60,792 bases of DNA from a virus (lineage: Duplodnaviria > Caudoviricetes): IMG/VR virus record IMGVR_UViG_3300009136_000005, positions 1-60,792 of that record. One strand, given 5' to 3'. The first letter of the stretch is position 1. The number at the start of each line of letters is the position of its first letter. Both the position numbers and the translations under genes were made by a program. Below are positions 28,442 to 38,057 of this stretch, piece after piece. The notes beneath the pieces are model-generated. The model saw only the letters and a list, made by a program, of their open reading frames with translations. It ran no database searches and was not told the origin of the DNA.

Positions 28442-28605
28442 TGAGAGCTGAAACATTAAAACAACTTATGATTGACAACGATCCTCGTGATCGATATGCA
28501 ACTGCTACTGCCGAACAAAAACGTATTTGGCATCGGTCATATGATGAACTCGAAAAGTTGCTCGATGACGATGACTTTGAAGATTTTTTAGATACACTAG
28601 ATTAA
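28441..28605 (+). CDS. Small acidic hypothetical protein (not in ORF track)
   Basis: TAATG coupling; MRAETLKQLMIDNDPRD... Confidence 0.5.
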   Translation: MRAETLKQLMIDNDPRDRYATATAEQKRIWHRSYDELEKLLDDDDFEDFLDTLD

Positions 28606-28617
28606 CAGGAAATTAAA

Positions 28618-28956
28618 ATGAATACAATATTAAATCCACATCTTGTTGAAAAACAAGGACTTACAGAAGACGATGTCGCTGAATTGGAACATCTACATAC
28701 AGTGCGTGAAAAATTATTTGCGGCTGTTGAACAATTAGATCCAGGATTTCAAAACGACTCAATTCAGTTGTATGCCGCATTACTTGAATCACTCGAATTC
28801 GATATGCAACGTGTTTGGAAATTTCCACAAGATCGGTCATTTCATTCGTGGTGGTATCGTATGCCACATTGTCAGTGTCCTCAGATGGATAACGCAGATC
28901 CGATATATGCACACCGCATTATCTCTGGGAATTGTCCGGTTCATTCTGGCAAATAA
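28618..28956 (+). CDS. Conserved phage protein with Cys/His cluster
   Basis: HSWW..PHCQCPQMDN...CPVH. Confidence 0.7.
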   Translation: MNTILNPHLVEKQGLTEDDVAELEHLHTVREKLFAAVEQLDPGFQNDSIQLYAALLESLEFDMQRVWKFPQDRSFHSWWYRMPHCQCPQMDNADPIYAHRIISGNCPVHSGK

Positions 28957-28985
28957 CCGCAGTATAATGCGTTGAAAATAAATTG

Positions 28986-29055
28986 TAACCCCCTGATTTA
29001 ACAGGGGAAATTAATCGTTTAGCCCGTTGACTTTTAGGGTCAAATATAGGATAAT
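28986..29055 (+). promoter_or_regulatory. Conserved early promoter with IHF-like hairpin
   Basis: TAACCCCCTGATTTAACAGGGG; TTGACT(29027)-17bp-GATAAT; spacer TTTAGGGTCAAA. Confidence 0.8.
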
Positions 29056-29090
29056 ATCCCTATATTACAACAATTACTCGGTTCAAATTG

Positions 29091-30266
29091 ATGATAAAAT
29101 TCGACGTAAATAAGCTGACTGTAGACGTAGTCAAACTCAAGTCATGCACAACCGCACTACAAGGTTCGATTCGTGTTCTTGACGAAGAAAACTCGTCTGG
29201 CAAAGAGACCTACAAAAAGATCAATGTGCCGATGGCAATCGTCCGTACATTTCAAGCTCGACACAAAACGTCAAATTACATGAAACCAGTTGTTACTGCT
29301 GTCGTTAAATACGATGGTCATCCAGTCGCATTGGAACGTCATCCGCTCGGAACTCTTGGTGAGCGTGTTGAAGAAGGTCTTTTCGATGACAACCGTGAAT
29401 GGATTTCTGACAGCCAACACAACATCAACACTCTAATTAAGCCTTTGTGTAAGGACGAAACAATCGAGTGGTTTTTCGATGGTAAGTTCATGTACAGTTT
29501 TGCCAATGCGATTGAAAAAAGCATTCGTAGTGGTGAATACTTGACACAATCTGGCAATTTCCGTGCGGTTGAAGTTAGCGCAATTCAACTGAGTCATCTT
29601 AATGATCGCACTAAACTTGAGCCTGCAGAACGCACATGTCTTGCGTATGTTACGGCTGATGGTCAGCATTCAATTACACCTCCGATTTGGAAGAAACTTG
29701 CTGATGTTGGTACATCCGCATTGAATCGTTCAGATGCTGAGGACGAAGACCGTCAATTTCAGTTTGATGCTGTTGATCAACATCTCGCTGTCAATCTCGC
29801 ATTTGGACTGAAAGCAGGCAAAATTATTGGTCTGTTATTTGGTCACGAGGAAATTGAGCCTCTTCAACTTCCTGAATTGATGATTCGGTTAAACACTGTA
29901 AATCTGCCAAAAATCTCGTCCAAAGTAAAATCGACGTATAATATTGGCATGACATTTACACAGGCAATGGCTTGGTTGATCGGGATGTCAAACCGCATTG
30001 ATTCGTTAGAATCTTATATGGTTATTCGCAGTCTGTTGAAGTACTTGACAACTAAGGGAATTTACCGTAAAAATATGTTTTCACAAGTTGCTGTGTTCAA
30101 AAAAGGTCACGATCTTGAATCGATCAAGTTGATCTCAAAAGAAGATGCAATGAAAACTGCAAGCAACATTTCGGTCGATGATATCGTTTCTCGAATTAGA
30201 GGCAATATCAATCGGCGCCAGCAACAAAACAACGCACAAATCGGTCGTTTATTCGACGCGAGCTAA
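29091..30266 (+). CDS. Large early hypothetical protein
   Basis: About 390-aa ORF directly after early promoter. Confidence 0.75.
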   Translation: MIKFDVNKLTVDVVKLKSCTTALQGSIRVLDEENSSGKETYKKINVPMAIVRTFQARHKTSNYMKPVVTAVVKYDGHPVALERHPLGTLGERVEEGLFDDNREWISDSQHNINTLIKPLCKDETIEWFFDGKFMYSFANAIEKSIRSGEYLTQSGNFRAVEVSAIQLSHLNDRTKLEPAERTCLAYVTADGQHSITPPIWKKLADVGTSALNRSDAEDEDRQFQFDAVDQHLAVNLAFGLKAGKIIGLLFGHEEIEPLQLPELMIRLNTVNLPKISSKVKSTYNIGMTFTQAMAWLIGMSNRIDSLESYMVIRSLLKYLTTKGIYRKNMFSQVAVFKKGHDLESIKLISKEDAMKTASNISVDDIVSRIRGNINRRQQQNNAQIGRLFDAS

Positions 30267-30279
30267 TTAGGAGAATAAA

Positions 30280-30762
30280 ATGTTTTACTTAGTACAACGC
30301 ATGAAAAATCGGGAAATTAGCGAAGGTAATAACACACCTTCAATTGATGACCTATTTACTCAGGATTATATGGGATCAGCTGAATTTGAGTTTGGCGCTT
30401 TGCCTAAATCATTGAAACGGATTTGTCAACGTCTGAACGAGTATCAGACATACACTTTGACTGAATTCAAACGTCCGAAATCTGACGAGGCTGTCCGTAT
30501 ATTCTGTCTTCCTGAACACAAGGATGAAATCGTTGAAGGTATTCGTGAGTTGCTTAAATCTGAATATCCCAAAATGCAGATGAAAGAACACGCTGGATTT
30601 TTCAAGACTTTCCACGGTGAAAATGACGATTATCATCGTGCGGATGCGTGGTGGGAAATTGATAACGATTTCTTCTTCACTGTTGGTAAACAGAATATGA
30701 AGAACATTCAAACTGCGATGGAAAACACCGCAAAAAAGCACAAGATTGATTGGAATCTTTAA
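30280..30762 (+). CDS. Conserved phage hypothetical protein
   Basis: AGGAG RBS; DYMGSAEFEFGALPKSL motif. Confidence 0.75.
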   Translation: MFYLVQRMKNREISEGNNTPSIDDLFTQDYMGSAEFEFGALPKSLKRICQRLNEYQTYTLTEFKRPKSDEAVRIFCLPEHKDEIVEGIRELLKSEYPKMQMKEHAGFFKTFHGENDDYHRADAWWEIDNDFFFTVGKQNMKNIQTAMENTAKKHKIDWNL

Positions 30763-30789
30763 CACGCAATTTTAGTGGAAAATAAAATA

Positions 30790-30869
30790 TAACCCCCTGA
30801 TTTTACGGGGGTTTTATCCGAAAATAAACCGTGACCCTTGTTGACTTTTGCATAAATACTATGTATAAT
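30790..30869 (+). promoter_or_regulatory. Early promoter with IHF-like hairpin and embedded ATAAATA
   Basis: TAACCCCCTGATTTTACGGGGGTT; TTGACT(30841)-17bp-TATAAT. Confidence 0.75.
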
Positions 30870-30961
30870 AGGCCCTGTAACAACAACAATTATCCTGCTC
30901 CGAAACCAGTATAATTGTCCTTTATAAACCCTAAATGTTCGGTAACAAATAGGAAAGTAAT

Positions 30962-32029
30962 ATGAAATTTGAAATGGTACGAAATGCAGATGTTGAAGTT
31001 GAGCAACTGTTCAATAGTAAAAATCATCCTGTCGCTAACATAACTGTTAACGGACAGCTCACTCACCGCTTTGATGCTACTTCACGTATTTCAAAGCAAC
31101 TCGACGTTATGTCTCCTACTGAACTCGCTGATCGTTTGGACGGTGGTAATTTCTTTTTTGCCAACGGTCAACTGCTCGATTTTCGCGATGGTCATTATCA
31201 CGGATTTGTTCACTCTGATGATTCAATCGGTAAATTGGTTGAAGTAATCGGATACACCGAAGGTGAAAGTGGTAGTCGTCAAATCGCAAACATGCGCCGT
31301 AAAATGGGCAATACTGAGGGCAGCGAAGTCGTTCTGTCAAAAGTTTGGTCTGATCACGAGATCGAAGTTCCTTTGTATCAAGATGGTGGTCAGTTCAACT
31401 CACGTCTTAGTTACAAGTGGAATCCTTTCATGAAGGACGTTCACAGTGCGTTTGATCTCGTTCGTTTGGTTTGCACAAATGGTATGACTAGTCTTACCAG
31501 CTTTCTTAACACTCGTATTCCTCTCGTTAATCGTTGGGAAGAGCATCTTGAAATCGCTTCACGTCAGATCCAGAACAAGGTTTCTAACAAAGTGATTGCT
31601 CGTCTTGCTGAGATGGGTGGTGAACGTGCAACAGTTGCTGAATGTCAGTTGATTGTTGAACATGCAAATGATCGTTTGCAAAATGCTACTGGTGATCGTG
31701 CACAGCGCGAGCGTTTGAAGCACATTGCAATGATCGCTTCACCTGTTCTGCATCTTGGACAGATGTACAAAGAAAGTGTGTTTTCTGATCGTCGTCTTGG
31801 TGCTCAAATGCCTGCTCACATGTCTACTTTTGACATTTACAATATGGCTACTGAGATCAACACTCACACTCAGGAATCCAATACGTCATCTTCTCATGCG
31901 ATGGACAAAATGGCTAACGCTCTGGTATTCGATCGTGAAGATCTGACTAAGCACGCAAGTCGTTATGGACAACCTGCAGTTTCAGCTTTCTCGAATCCTG
32001 ATGAAGCATTCTTTGGTGTTATCTCATAA
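30962..32029 (+). CDS. DUF932-like protein
   Basis: RLVCTNGM motif and T.FD.YN..T C-terminal pattern; followed by a strong terminator. Confidence 0.65.
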   Translation: MKFEMVRNADVEVEQLFNSKNHPVANITVNGQLTHRFDATSRISKQLDVMSPTELADRLDGGNFFFANGQLLDFRDGHYHGFVHSDDSIGKLVEVIGYTEGESGSRQIANMRRKMGNTEGSEVVLSKVWSDHEIEVPLYQDGGQFNSRLSYKWNPFMKDVHSAFDLVRLVCTNGMTSLTSFLNTRIPLVNRWEEHLEIASRQIQNKVSNKVIARLAEMGGERATVAECQLIVEHANDRLQNATGDRAQRERLKHIAMIASPVLHLGQMYKESVFSDRRLGAQMPAHMSTFDIYNMATEINTHTQESNTSSSHAMDKMANALVFDREDLTKHASRYGQPAVSAFSNPDEAFFGVIS

Positions 32030-32046
32030 CATTCTTTTAACCTCAC

Positions 32047-32074
32047 AAACGGAGGACTTCGGTCCTCCGTTTTC
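32047..32074 (+). terminator. Rho-independent terminator with cUUCGg tetraloop
   Basis: AAACGGAGGAC-TTCG-GTCCTCCGTTT perfect stem. Confidence 0.9.
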
Positions 32075-32089
32075 TATGGAAAACCAGTA

Positions 32090-32182
32090 ATGGACGAATT
32101 ATTAATAGCAGGTGGAATTCTGGTCGTAGTTTTTGCGGCTGGTATTGTATTTGGTTGTTGGATTTGGAACCGTTGGTTCTAG
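32090..32182 (+). CDS. 30-aa single-TM peptide (not in ORF track)
   Basis: MDELLIAGGILVVVFAAGIVFGCWIWNRWF. Confidence 0.45.
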   Translation: MDELLIAGGILVVVFAAGIVFGCWIWNRWF

Positions 32183-32196
32183 AGTAAATACAGGCA

Positions 32197-32408
32197 TGGA
32201 ACAACTGCCGATAACACATCCACTAAGATTGGGAATGATAATCAAATCCCGATTTCCTACGTGCCCATGCACTGGAAAGAAGTGGAAAGACACATCAGGA
32301 GTAATTAGACGGATTCAACAACGTCAGATTCGCGGAGAATCAAAGCACATTTACATATTGAGCAATGGCGAAAGAATCAATCAGGATTGGGTAGATGAAA
32401 TCCTCTAA
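32197..32408 (+). CDS. Small hypothetical protein
   Basis: Likely start at the internal Met (MEQL) of ORF 32133..32408; start position approximate. Confidence 0.45.
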
Positions 32409-32631
32409 CCTCCCAACAGTTGGTAATAGAATTAGAGTCAACATCAAAGATGGTGGCTATTATGTCGCAACAGTTATGAATGTATCAAAAAGTGATAACC
32501 TCAACTTTGCGTTAGTGAGAATATCTCGAAAATACAAAGATGGAAAAATCACACCTTGTGATTTGGTAAAGAAAACGATGATGGTGCCGCTCGATGTAAC
32601 AGAAGTCTGGGAATTTATAAATGGAAAGTGA
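32395..32631 (+). CDS. Small hypothetical protein
   Basis: Overlapping operon ORF. Confidence 0.5.
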   Translation: MKSSNLPTVGNRIRVNIKDGGYYVATVMNVSKSDNLNFALVRISRKYKDGKITPCDLVKKTMMVPLDVTEVWEFINGK

Positions 32632-33064
32632 AACATATCCGTTCGTATGGGGAACATTGATTGTACTACAAGTGATAATTATGTACTCGTTTATCTCGTA
32701 CCACTACTTACATATGTGCTCCCTCAAAGCACACGAGTGGGCAAAATCAGCGGAAAGATATCCAACAAAATATGAAGTTGAAGCGTTCCACGATTATGTT
32801 TCAAATATATATGTCAGAATCCGCCCGTTTCAAATGTTATCAATCACCACGTGTATGGCTAACGCAGTCGTATCAATAAACCTGACGTTTAACACTCCGG
32901 TTGATACATCACTTGCACTTATCGCAGCAATGTTAAATGCTTCGATGATCATGTGTATGGCACATTCATATCAAGTTCGCCATGCAATCACACGTTTTAT
33001 TTCATCAGTTGAAACAGAACAACATTTCGCAAAAATGAAGAGAGAAGGTAAAGATGTCGAATAA
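32621..33064 (+). CDS. Multi-TM membrane protein
   Basis: Three hydrophobic segments. Confidence 0.6.
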   Translation: MESETYPFVWGTLIVLQVIIMYSFISYHYLHMCSLKAHEWAKSAERYPTKYEVEAFHDYVSNIYVRIRPFQMLSITTCMANAVVSINLTFNTPVDTSLALIAAMLNASMIMCMAHSYQVRHAITRFISSVETEQHFAKMKREGKDVE

Positions 33065-33248
33065 TACAATAGCACTGATTCCGATGACGGAAGATGAATT
33101 AATGTTCTTTAATATTATGGTAGTTGAAAGAATGTTATCATTGAGACGTAACCCCGAACTTTCATTTGATTATGAGGGTGATATTGATACGTTGGCTAGT
33201 ATAAGCAGCAAGGTAGTCAAGGGATTGGACACACTAAACAACCGCTGA
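33054..33248 (+). CDS. Hypothetical protein
   Basis: AAGG RBS; overlapping ORF. Confidence 0.5.
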   Translation: MSNNTIALIPMTEDELMFFNIMVVERMLSLRRNPELSFDYEGDIDTLASISSKVVKGLDTLNNR

Positions 33249-33271
33249 TTTAAACTATCATATATACCTAC

Positions 33272-33892
33272 ATGAAAGAAATTTTTATGATAGGTGGTGG
33301 TCCTTCTTTGAAGGATTTCGATTGGAATAGACTCGCAGGAAAAGATTGCTTCGCGATCAATAGATCGTATGAAGTACTACCAAATGCAAAGTACATTTAC
33401 TTTGCTGATTGGGACTTTTTTGACAGACACAAGAAAGGACTTCTCGCACATTCTGGAAAAATCATTACTGGATACGCAAAGCGACTTTGCAAAAAAAGAA
33501 TTGAACATCCTGATGTTGTAGAGTATACACTAACTGGTGCTGATGGATTGGACACTAAATCACCAGGAATTTGTCACGGACGGAATGGTGGATATGCAGC
33601 TATCAACGTTGCATACCATTTAGGTTACACACGAATATATCTTCTCGGATACGACATGGGTCGAGTTGAAGGTGAGTCACATTGGCATAATGGACACCCT
33701 AGAATCGATCCTGAATCGATCTACACCACAATGATGAAACACTACGATAACCTAAAACAACCCCTTATAGATAATAAGATCGAAGTGTTCAATCTCAATC
33801 CAGAATCAAATCTTAAAGCGTTCCCGTTCATGGAGCGCGACAAAGCATTAGGGGACAAGGAACGTCCTCCCAAAATTCAATTAGATGTTTAG
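33272..33892 (+). CDS. Maf/MptE/sialyltransferase-fold putative glycosyltransferase
   Basis: IGGGPSL, AIN, A..LGYTRIYLLGYD, HWH motifs. Confidence 0.65.
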   Translation: MKEIFMIGGGPSLKDFDWNRLAGKDCFAINRSYEVLPNAKYIYFADWDFFDRHKKGLLAHSGKIITGYAKRLCKKRIEHPDVVEYTLTGADGLDTKSPGICHGRNGGYAAINVAYHLGYTRIYLLGYDMGRVEGESHWHNGHPRIDPESIYTTMMKHYDNLKQPLIDNKIEVFNLNPESNLKAFPFMERDKALGDKERPPKIQLDV

Positions 33893-33943
33893 CTTTTCGA
33901 ATAAATATGGTATAATGTAACTATATCGAGAGGTGAATAGGGT

Positions 33944-34117
33944 ATGTGTGAAAAGTCACGAATACTATTTGAGATCGAGATACTTGAAGAGGAGTTAGGA
34001 TTCTATAGAGATATAGGAATGGATGCTGACGCTCAACCATATGAACAGGCTGCTAAACACCTGAGAGAACTATACGGGAAATATGAAGAACTCAAGAATG
34101 ATGAATCGGATACGTAA
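33944..34117 (+). CDS. Small acidic hypothetical protein (not in ORF track)
   Basis: GAGGTG RBS; MCEKSRILFEIEILEEELGFYRD... Confidence 0.55.
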   Translation: MCEKSRILFEIEILEEELGFYRDIGMDADAQPYEQAAKHLRELYGKYEELKNDESDT

Positions 34118-34216
34118 CGTCTTTAAATCATTCTTTATTGGGTTAGCAGTAGTAGCAGCCGTAATATTTTTGATTGGAGCCTTTTTGTGGGCGGCAATCT
34201 GTGAGGCATATTCTAC

Positions 34217-34543
34217 ATGGCGAACGAACTAGTAAATGAATTTAAATCGCTTGATCGTTACGAGGTATTTTTCTTATCGATCGCTGTGATGGTTATTTGT
34301 GCTATAATTACAGGTACATCGTACGTTCTTACCACCGATGATCAATTCTCCATTGAAACAAATATGGTATTTTTTGTCATCAGCACACTGGGAACAGTTT
34401 TTATCATGGGTAACCTGGGAAACAATAACATCTCAGCCAAAGAAGTATTTTGGGGATGGATTATCCTGACTGTTGGTCTTATCGCCATCGCATGTATCGG
34501 TCGTGGAATATTATTGATGTTTGGTGTTACAAATGTTTTTTAA
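34217..34543 (+). CDS. Three-TM membrane protein
   Basis: GAGG RBS; hydrophobic helices. Confidence 0.65.
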   Translation: MANELVNEFKSLDRYEVFFLSIAVMVICAIITGTSYVLTTDDQFSIETNMVFFVISTLGTVFIMGNLGNNNISAKEVFWGWIILTVGLIAIACIGRGILLMFGVTNVF

Positions 34544-34671
34544 AATTCTTTTTCATTTTCCATTAACAATATTGAATCGTGTGATGCCATGTCTGTATAA
34601 ACCAAGTACAGAAGATCAGCGTAAGATGTCTCAATACATCAGGAACAAATCCCGCCTTGCATCTTACCATA

Positions 34672-36015
34672 TTAAGAAAACAATTCTTTAAGTTCTTGTA
34701 ACGGCTCTTCCCACGATCGTGGTTTCATTTGTCTAAACACAGTTAGGTTTTCTCCATACCATGGCGAACGTGGCTGATTATGAGTCCATGTATAATATGA
34801 AGAGATAGGCGATAACAAAATTGTCTTCTTACCCATCGCAGCAGCCATATGAACAATCGATGTGCATGAAGTAATTACCACATCAAGATTTTCGATAACC
34901 GACATCGTATCCTTAAACGTTTCTAACCGATCTGATAGATCTGAAATTTGTGGATATGCTTCTAATTGTTCAAGTCCTGTATCTCGTTGAAGTGAATAAT
35001 ATATTCCATTAACACCTTCAAGTGCATTCATTATTCCAGCGAGTGGAACTGAACGGTGTAAGTCTTGATCGTAGTCAGGATTTCCTTCCCAACGCACTCC
35101 AATCTTTAATCGTGCTTTGTGACTATGCATCCACTCCCACTTCTTGTCATATTCTAGTAATGTGTTAAGGTAAGGTCCATACCACAGATCTTTATATTGC
35201 AAATTCAGATACACAGGCAACGACATTGGATATGTCCAAACAGGATTTTCTAAATCCGTAATATCCCTTCGTTGTGACGTTGCTTTAAATCCGTTCTCAT
35301 TAAAAATGTCAACAATATCTTGTCTTTCAGAATACCAAATTGGATTCATGCCAACATCTGTTAAGTGTTTCATAAAACGAACATTAATTATTTCGTCGCC
35401 GATGCCAGCCTCAGCATAAAGAACTATATTACGTCCTGGCAGTATTCCACCATCCCAAAATTTAAATGGAAGTTTCGCTTTCCGCCAATAGTCTAACTTT
35501 TCTCCCTCAATTAAAAATCGTCGCAACCCTTGTTGGAATTTATCATTCCACATATCATATGTTCCAAGGTTGAACTCAATTTTTGTTCGCGTCTCTTCTT
35601 CAATGTCAGTTCGTTCTAATTCTGCAAGAAGTATTTCTTCTGCTTGATCTTTTTGGTTTAGTAGGAAATATGAATATGCTTTTTCTAATCGTGTCGCCTC
35701 GTCGTTTGGATTAACCTTTTCTTGAAGGTTAATTAAACGCATTGCTTTTTCTGGATAGTTAGCATGATTATAAATGTTAATTAAATTTGATCTTGCAACT
35801 TGCATTTGGTCATTACTGTATGCTGTTACCATCATCTTCTCACCATACACCATAGCACGATCATATATTTTTGTGTTGAAAAAACTTTTAGCGATATCAT
35901 CATACTCTTCGAACGTTGATGCATATTTTCCAAACGTTTCGAGCAGACTAATTACTTGCTGGTCCTCTTTATTCTTATGAAGAAATTCACATATGTTACT
36001 TAATACATCATTCAT
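34672..36015 (-). CDS. TPR-repeat + GT9-like glycosyltransferase (FlbA-like)
   Basis: N-terminal helical repeats; EAGIGD, IGVRWEGNP, YSLQ, DTMSVIENLDVVITSCTSIVHMAAAMGK, SPWY. Confidence 0.85.
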   Translation of the reverse strand: MNDVLSNICEFLHKNKEDQQVISLLETFGKYASTFEEYDDIAKSFFNTKIYDRAMVYGEKMMVTAYSNDQMQVARSNLINIYNHANYPEKAMRLINLQEKVNPNDEATRLEKAYSYFLLNQKDQAEEILLAELERTDIEEETRTKIEFNLGTYDMWNDKFQQGLRRFLIEGEKLDYWRKAKLPFKFWDGGILPGRNIVLYAEAGIGDEIINVRFMKHLTDVGMNPIWYSERQDIVDIFNENGFKATSQRRDITDLENPVWTYPMSLPVYLNLQYKDLWYGPYLNTLLEYDKKWEWMHSHKARLKIGVRWEGNPDYDQDLHRSVPLAGIMNALEGVNGIYYSLQRDTGLEQLEAYPQISDLSDRLETFKDTMSVIENLDVVITSCTSIVHMAAAMGKKTILLSPISSYYTWTHNQPRSPWYGENLTVFRQMKPRSWEEPLQELKELFS

Positions 36016-36554
36016 TTTACTGCTGCCAATATTATCCACGTTTCTGTATATACGTTATTAAAATTTCGTGACACTTCGTCGATATCATCTATTGTCATGT
36101 CAGCAAATCTTCCCTTCCAAATATCGTCTGGTTTAAATGTAAACTGAACAATTTCAAAATCCACCCCATACTGTAAAGCAAATAAAGAACCATCATTCCA
36201 TTGTTCTTGTCTATACAAATTATTTGCTTTACCAAACTGTCGCAATGACTCAACTGTGATTGGTCGTATGTGAGTTACATCACCAAAGAATACTTCGTGG
36301 CGATGGTGTGGAACTTGGATATCAATAATTGCTCCATCTTTACATACACGATACATCTCTTGCATCAAGTGAAAGAATCCATCACCTATGTGTTCAAGTA
36401 TGTGGTGTGCTTTAATTTCATCAACTGATGAATCATCAAATGGTAATTTGTCTTTTTCTAAATCAACAACATGGTCAGGTTCGCATTGCGGATTATTATC
36501 GACATTTACAAAACCTTTAAATTTTTTATATCCACTACCAATACTAATTTTCAT
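36012..36554 (-). CDS. Class I SAM-dependent methyltransferase-like protein
   Basis: IGSG...NVD...DL..LPFDDSSVDEI..HILEH..EMYRVCK.G. Confidence 0.8.
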   Translation of the reverse strand: MKISIGSGYKKFKGFVNVDNNPQCEPDHVVDLEKDKLPFDDSSVDEIKAHHILEHIGDGFFHLMQEMYRVCKDGAIIDIQVPHHRHEVFFGDVTHIRPITVESLRQFGKANNLYRQEQWNDGSLFALQYGVDFEIVQFTFKPDDIWKGRFADMTIDDIDEVSRNFNNVYTETWIILAAVK

Positions 36555-36915
36555 TTGCTATCCTATAATATGTTTTATTTTCTTTTGTCCACTCATCTAA
36601 GTAATTAATTATCTCAGGAGTTAACGCTTGGTTGTTTTGTGATATCACTTTTAAATATTGATTACCACCTTCTGTCTCAACTGAAATTAGAACACCACAT
36701 TGTGATGGCTTCATCCATTCAGGAAGTAATCCTTGCGACCATGCGCACTGATAGTTTCTACAAACATCAGGTCGCGTTTGGTATATTGTACATTTATTTT
36801 CAACTAAAAATATACAAGGATTACCATGTCCAAATTTGTTACCGTATGCATCACCTATTAAAGCACCTGAGCAACAAACAGTACAATCTCCACACGGTCT
36901 AAGTTCTATCTCCAT
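36544..36915 (-). CDS. YkgJ/FliB-type CxxCxxCC cysteine-cluster protein
   Basis: CGDCTVCC...CIFL...CTIYQTRPDVCRNYQC. Confidence 0.85.
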   Translation of the reverse strand: MEIELRPCGDCTVCCSGALIGDAYGNKFGHGNPCIFLVENKCTIYQTRPDVCRNYQCAWSQGLLPEWMKPSQCGVLISVETEGGNQYLKVISQNNQALTPEIINYLDEWTKENKTYYRIANEN

Positions 36916-37679
36916 ACTTCCATGTTGCTAAATTGATGTTGAATGTCGGGTGGGATAATCATCTCTCGTTCAACCCACTCAACTTTCTTTCTTGTTGTGT
37001 GCATATCTTCAATACCAACATCACTATCATATTCAGGATAAGAACATGCTGTGTTATTAAAGTCATGTTCATAAAGTGGTTGGTCAATAAAATTATAAAT
37101 TGCTGTTAACATCCCTCGTGGATTTTTACATAGCTGTTCATACTCGACAAACATTAGCATATCTTTTTCGTGAGATGTTAGTGCTTGTTTTAAACTAAGG
37201 TATGCAAATCCAACAACACTTGATTCTTGCATTAAATAATTACAACGAGAGTAAACGGTTGCTGCTTGGTCATCAGGAATTAATAATGCTTTGCTGTAAG
37301 GATCCCTTCTGTGTAATTGTTCAAATGAATCAAGTACCCAATTAATATCACGAACACACATTATTACTTTTGTGTATGGGAATAAATCTTTTAACAAAGA
37401 AAGTTGCAATCCCCAACTTCTGTTAGTATCAAAGAAAACATTTTTATCAGGAGTATCAAAATAATTATCAAAAATTCCATGTATAATATTCTTTCGTTTT
37501 TCTGTAGGGCACTCAGTTTGGTATCCTGTCATCGCAGATGATTGATCAATTATAGCACGAGAGAATCTTGCAACAGGACCCGAAATAGAAGCTTGGAATT
37601 TAGGGTTTTGATTTAGGATTGTTGACAAAAGGGTTGTACCCGAACGAGGCAATCCCGATATGAAGTAGTATTGTGACAT
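36906..37679 (-). CDS. Sulfotransferase
   Basis: GLPRSGTTLL 5'-PSB loop, VRD...S 3'-PB, YEQL. Confidence 0.9.
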   Translation of the reverse strand: MSQYYFISGLPRSGTTLLSTILNQNPKFQASISGPVARFSRAIIDQSSAMTGYQTECPTEKRKNIIHGIFDNYFDTPDKNVFFDTNRSWGLQLSLLKDLFPYTKVIMCVRDINWVLDSFEQLHRRDPYSKALLIPDDQAATVYSRCNYLMQESSVVGFAYLSLKQALTSHEKDMLMFVEYEQLCKNPRGMLTAIYNFIDQPLYEHDFNNTACSYPEYDSDVGIEDMHTTRKKVEWVEREMIIPPDIQHQFSNMEVWR

Positions 37680-37702
37680 GAATATTCCTATATTTTATTT
37701 CT

Positions 37703-37717
37703 TATAAATATATTTAT
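37703..37717. promoter_or_regulatory. Palindromic bidirectional late-type promoter
   Basis: TATAAATATATTTAT gives ATAAATA on both strands between divergent genes. Confidence 0.6.
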
Positions 37718-38057
37718 GATTAAAATTTTACTAGGAATGGCGATAATGTTGTTTGCAATTATGGCCGCTGCTTCCACAATGTCAGGCTCATTACAGTACA
37801 ACCCCACTCACGATCGACAAGCTTTTATTATTGATATCAAAATCATTCCAAGAGAACAAATCAACGAAATTTGTCAAAATATTAGTAAAGGTAAATTTGA
37901 AGGTGAACAAATAAATGGATGTGCCGCATGGGCCGTTGATAAAAATATTTGTAGAATTTATGTTCCCGAACCACTACACAATGAAGTTAGGCAAGGTGTC
38001 CTATCTATATGGGGTCATGAATTAATGCATTGTGCAAAAGGAAGTTTTCACGAATAG
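37716..38057 (+). CDS. Secreted/periplasmic protein with HExxH motif
   Basis: Signal peptide; GHELMHC; several Cys. Confidence 0.65.
   Translation: MIKILLGMAIMLFAIMAAASTMSGSLQYNPTHDRQAFIIDIKIIPREQINEICQNISKGKFEGEQINGCAAWAVDKNICRIYVPEPLHNEVRQGVLSIWGHELMHCAKGSFHE

Noticed and set aside
29035-29043. TTAGGG as a telomere-like repeat
   Set aside because: Occurs as isolated copies in promoter spacers, not as tandem arrays.
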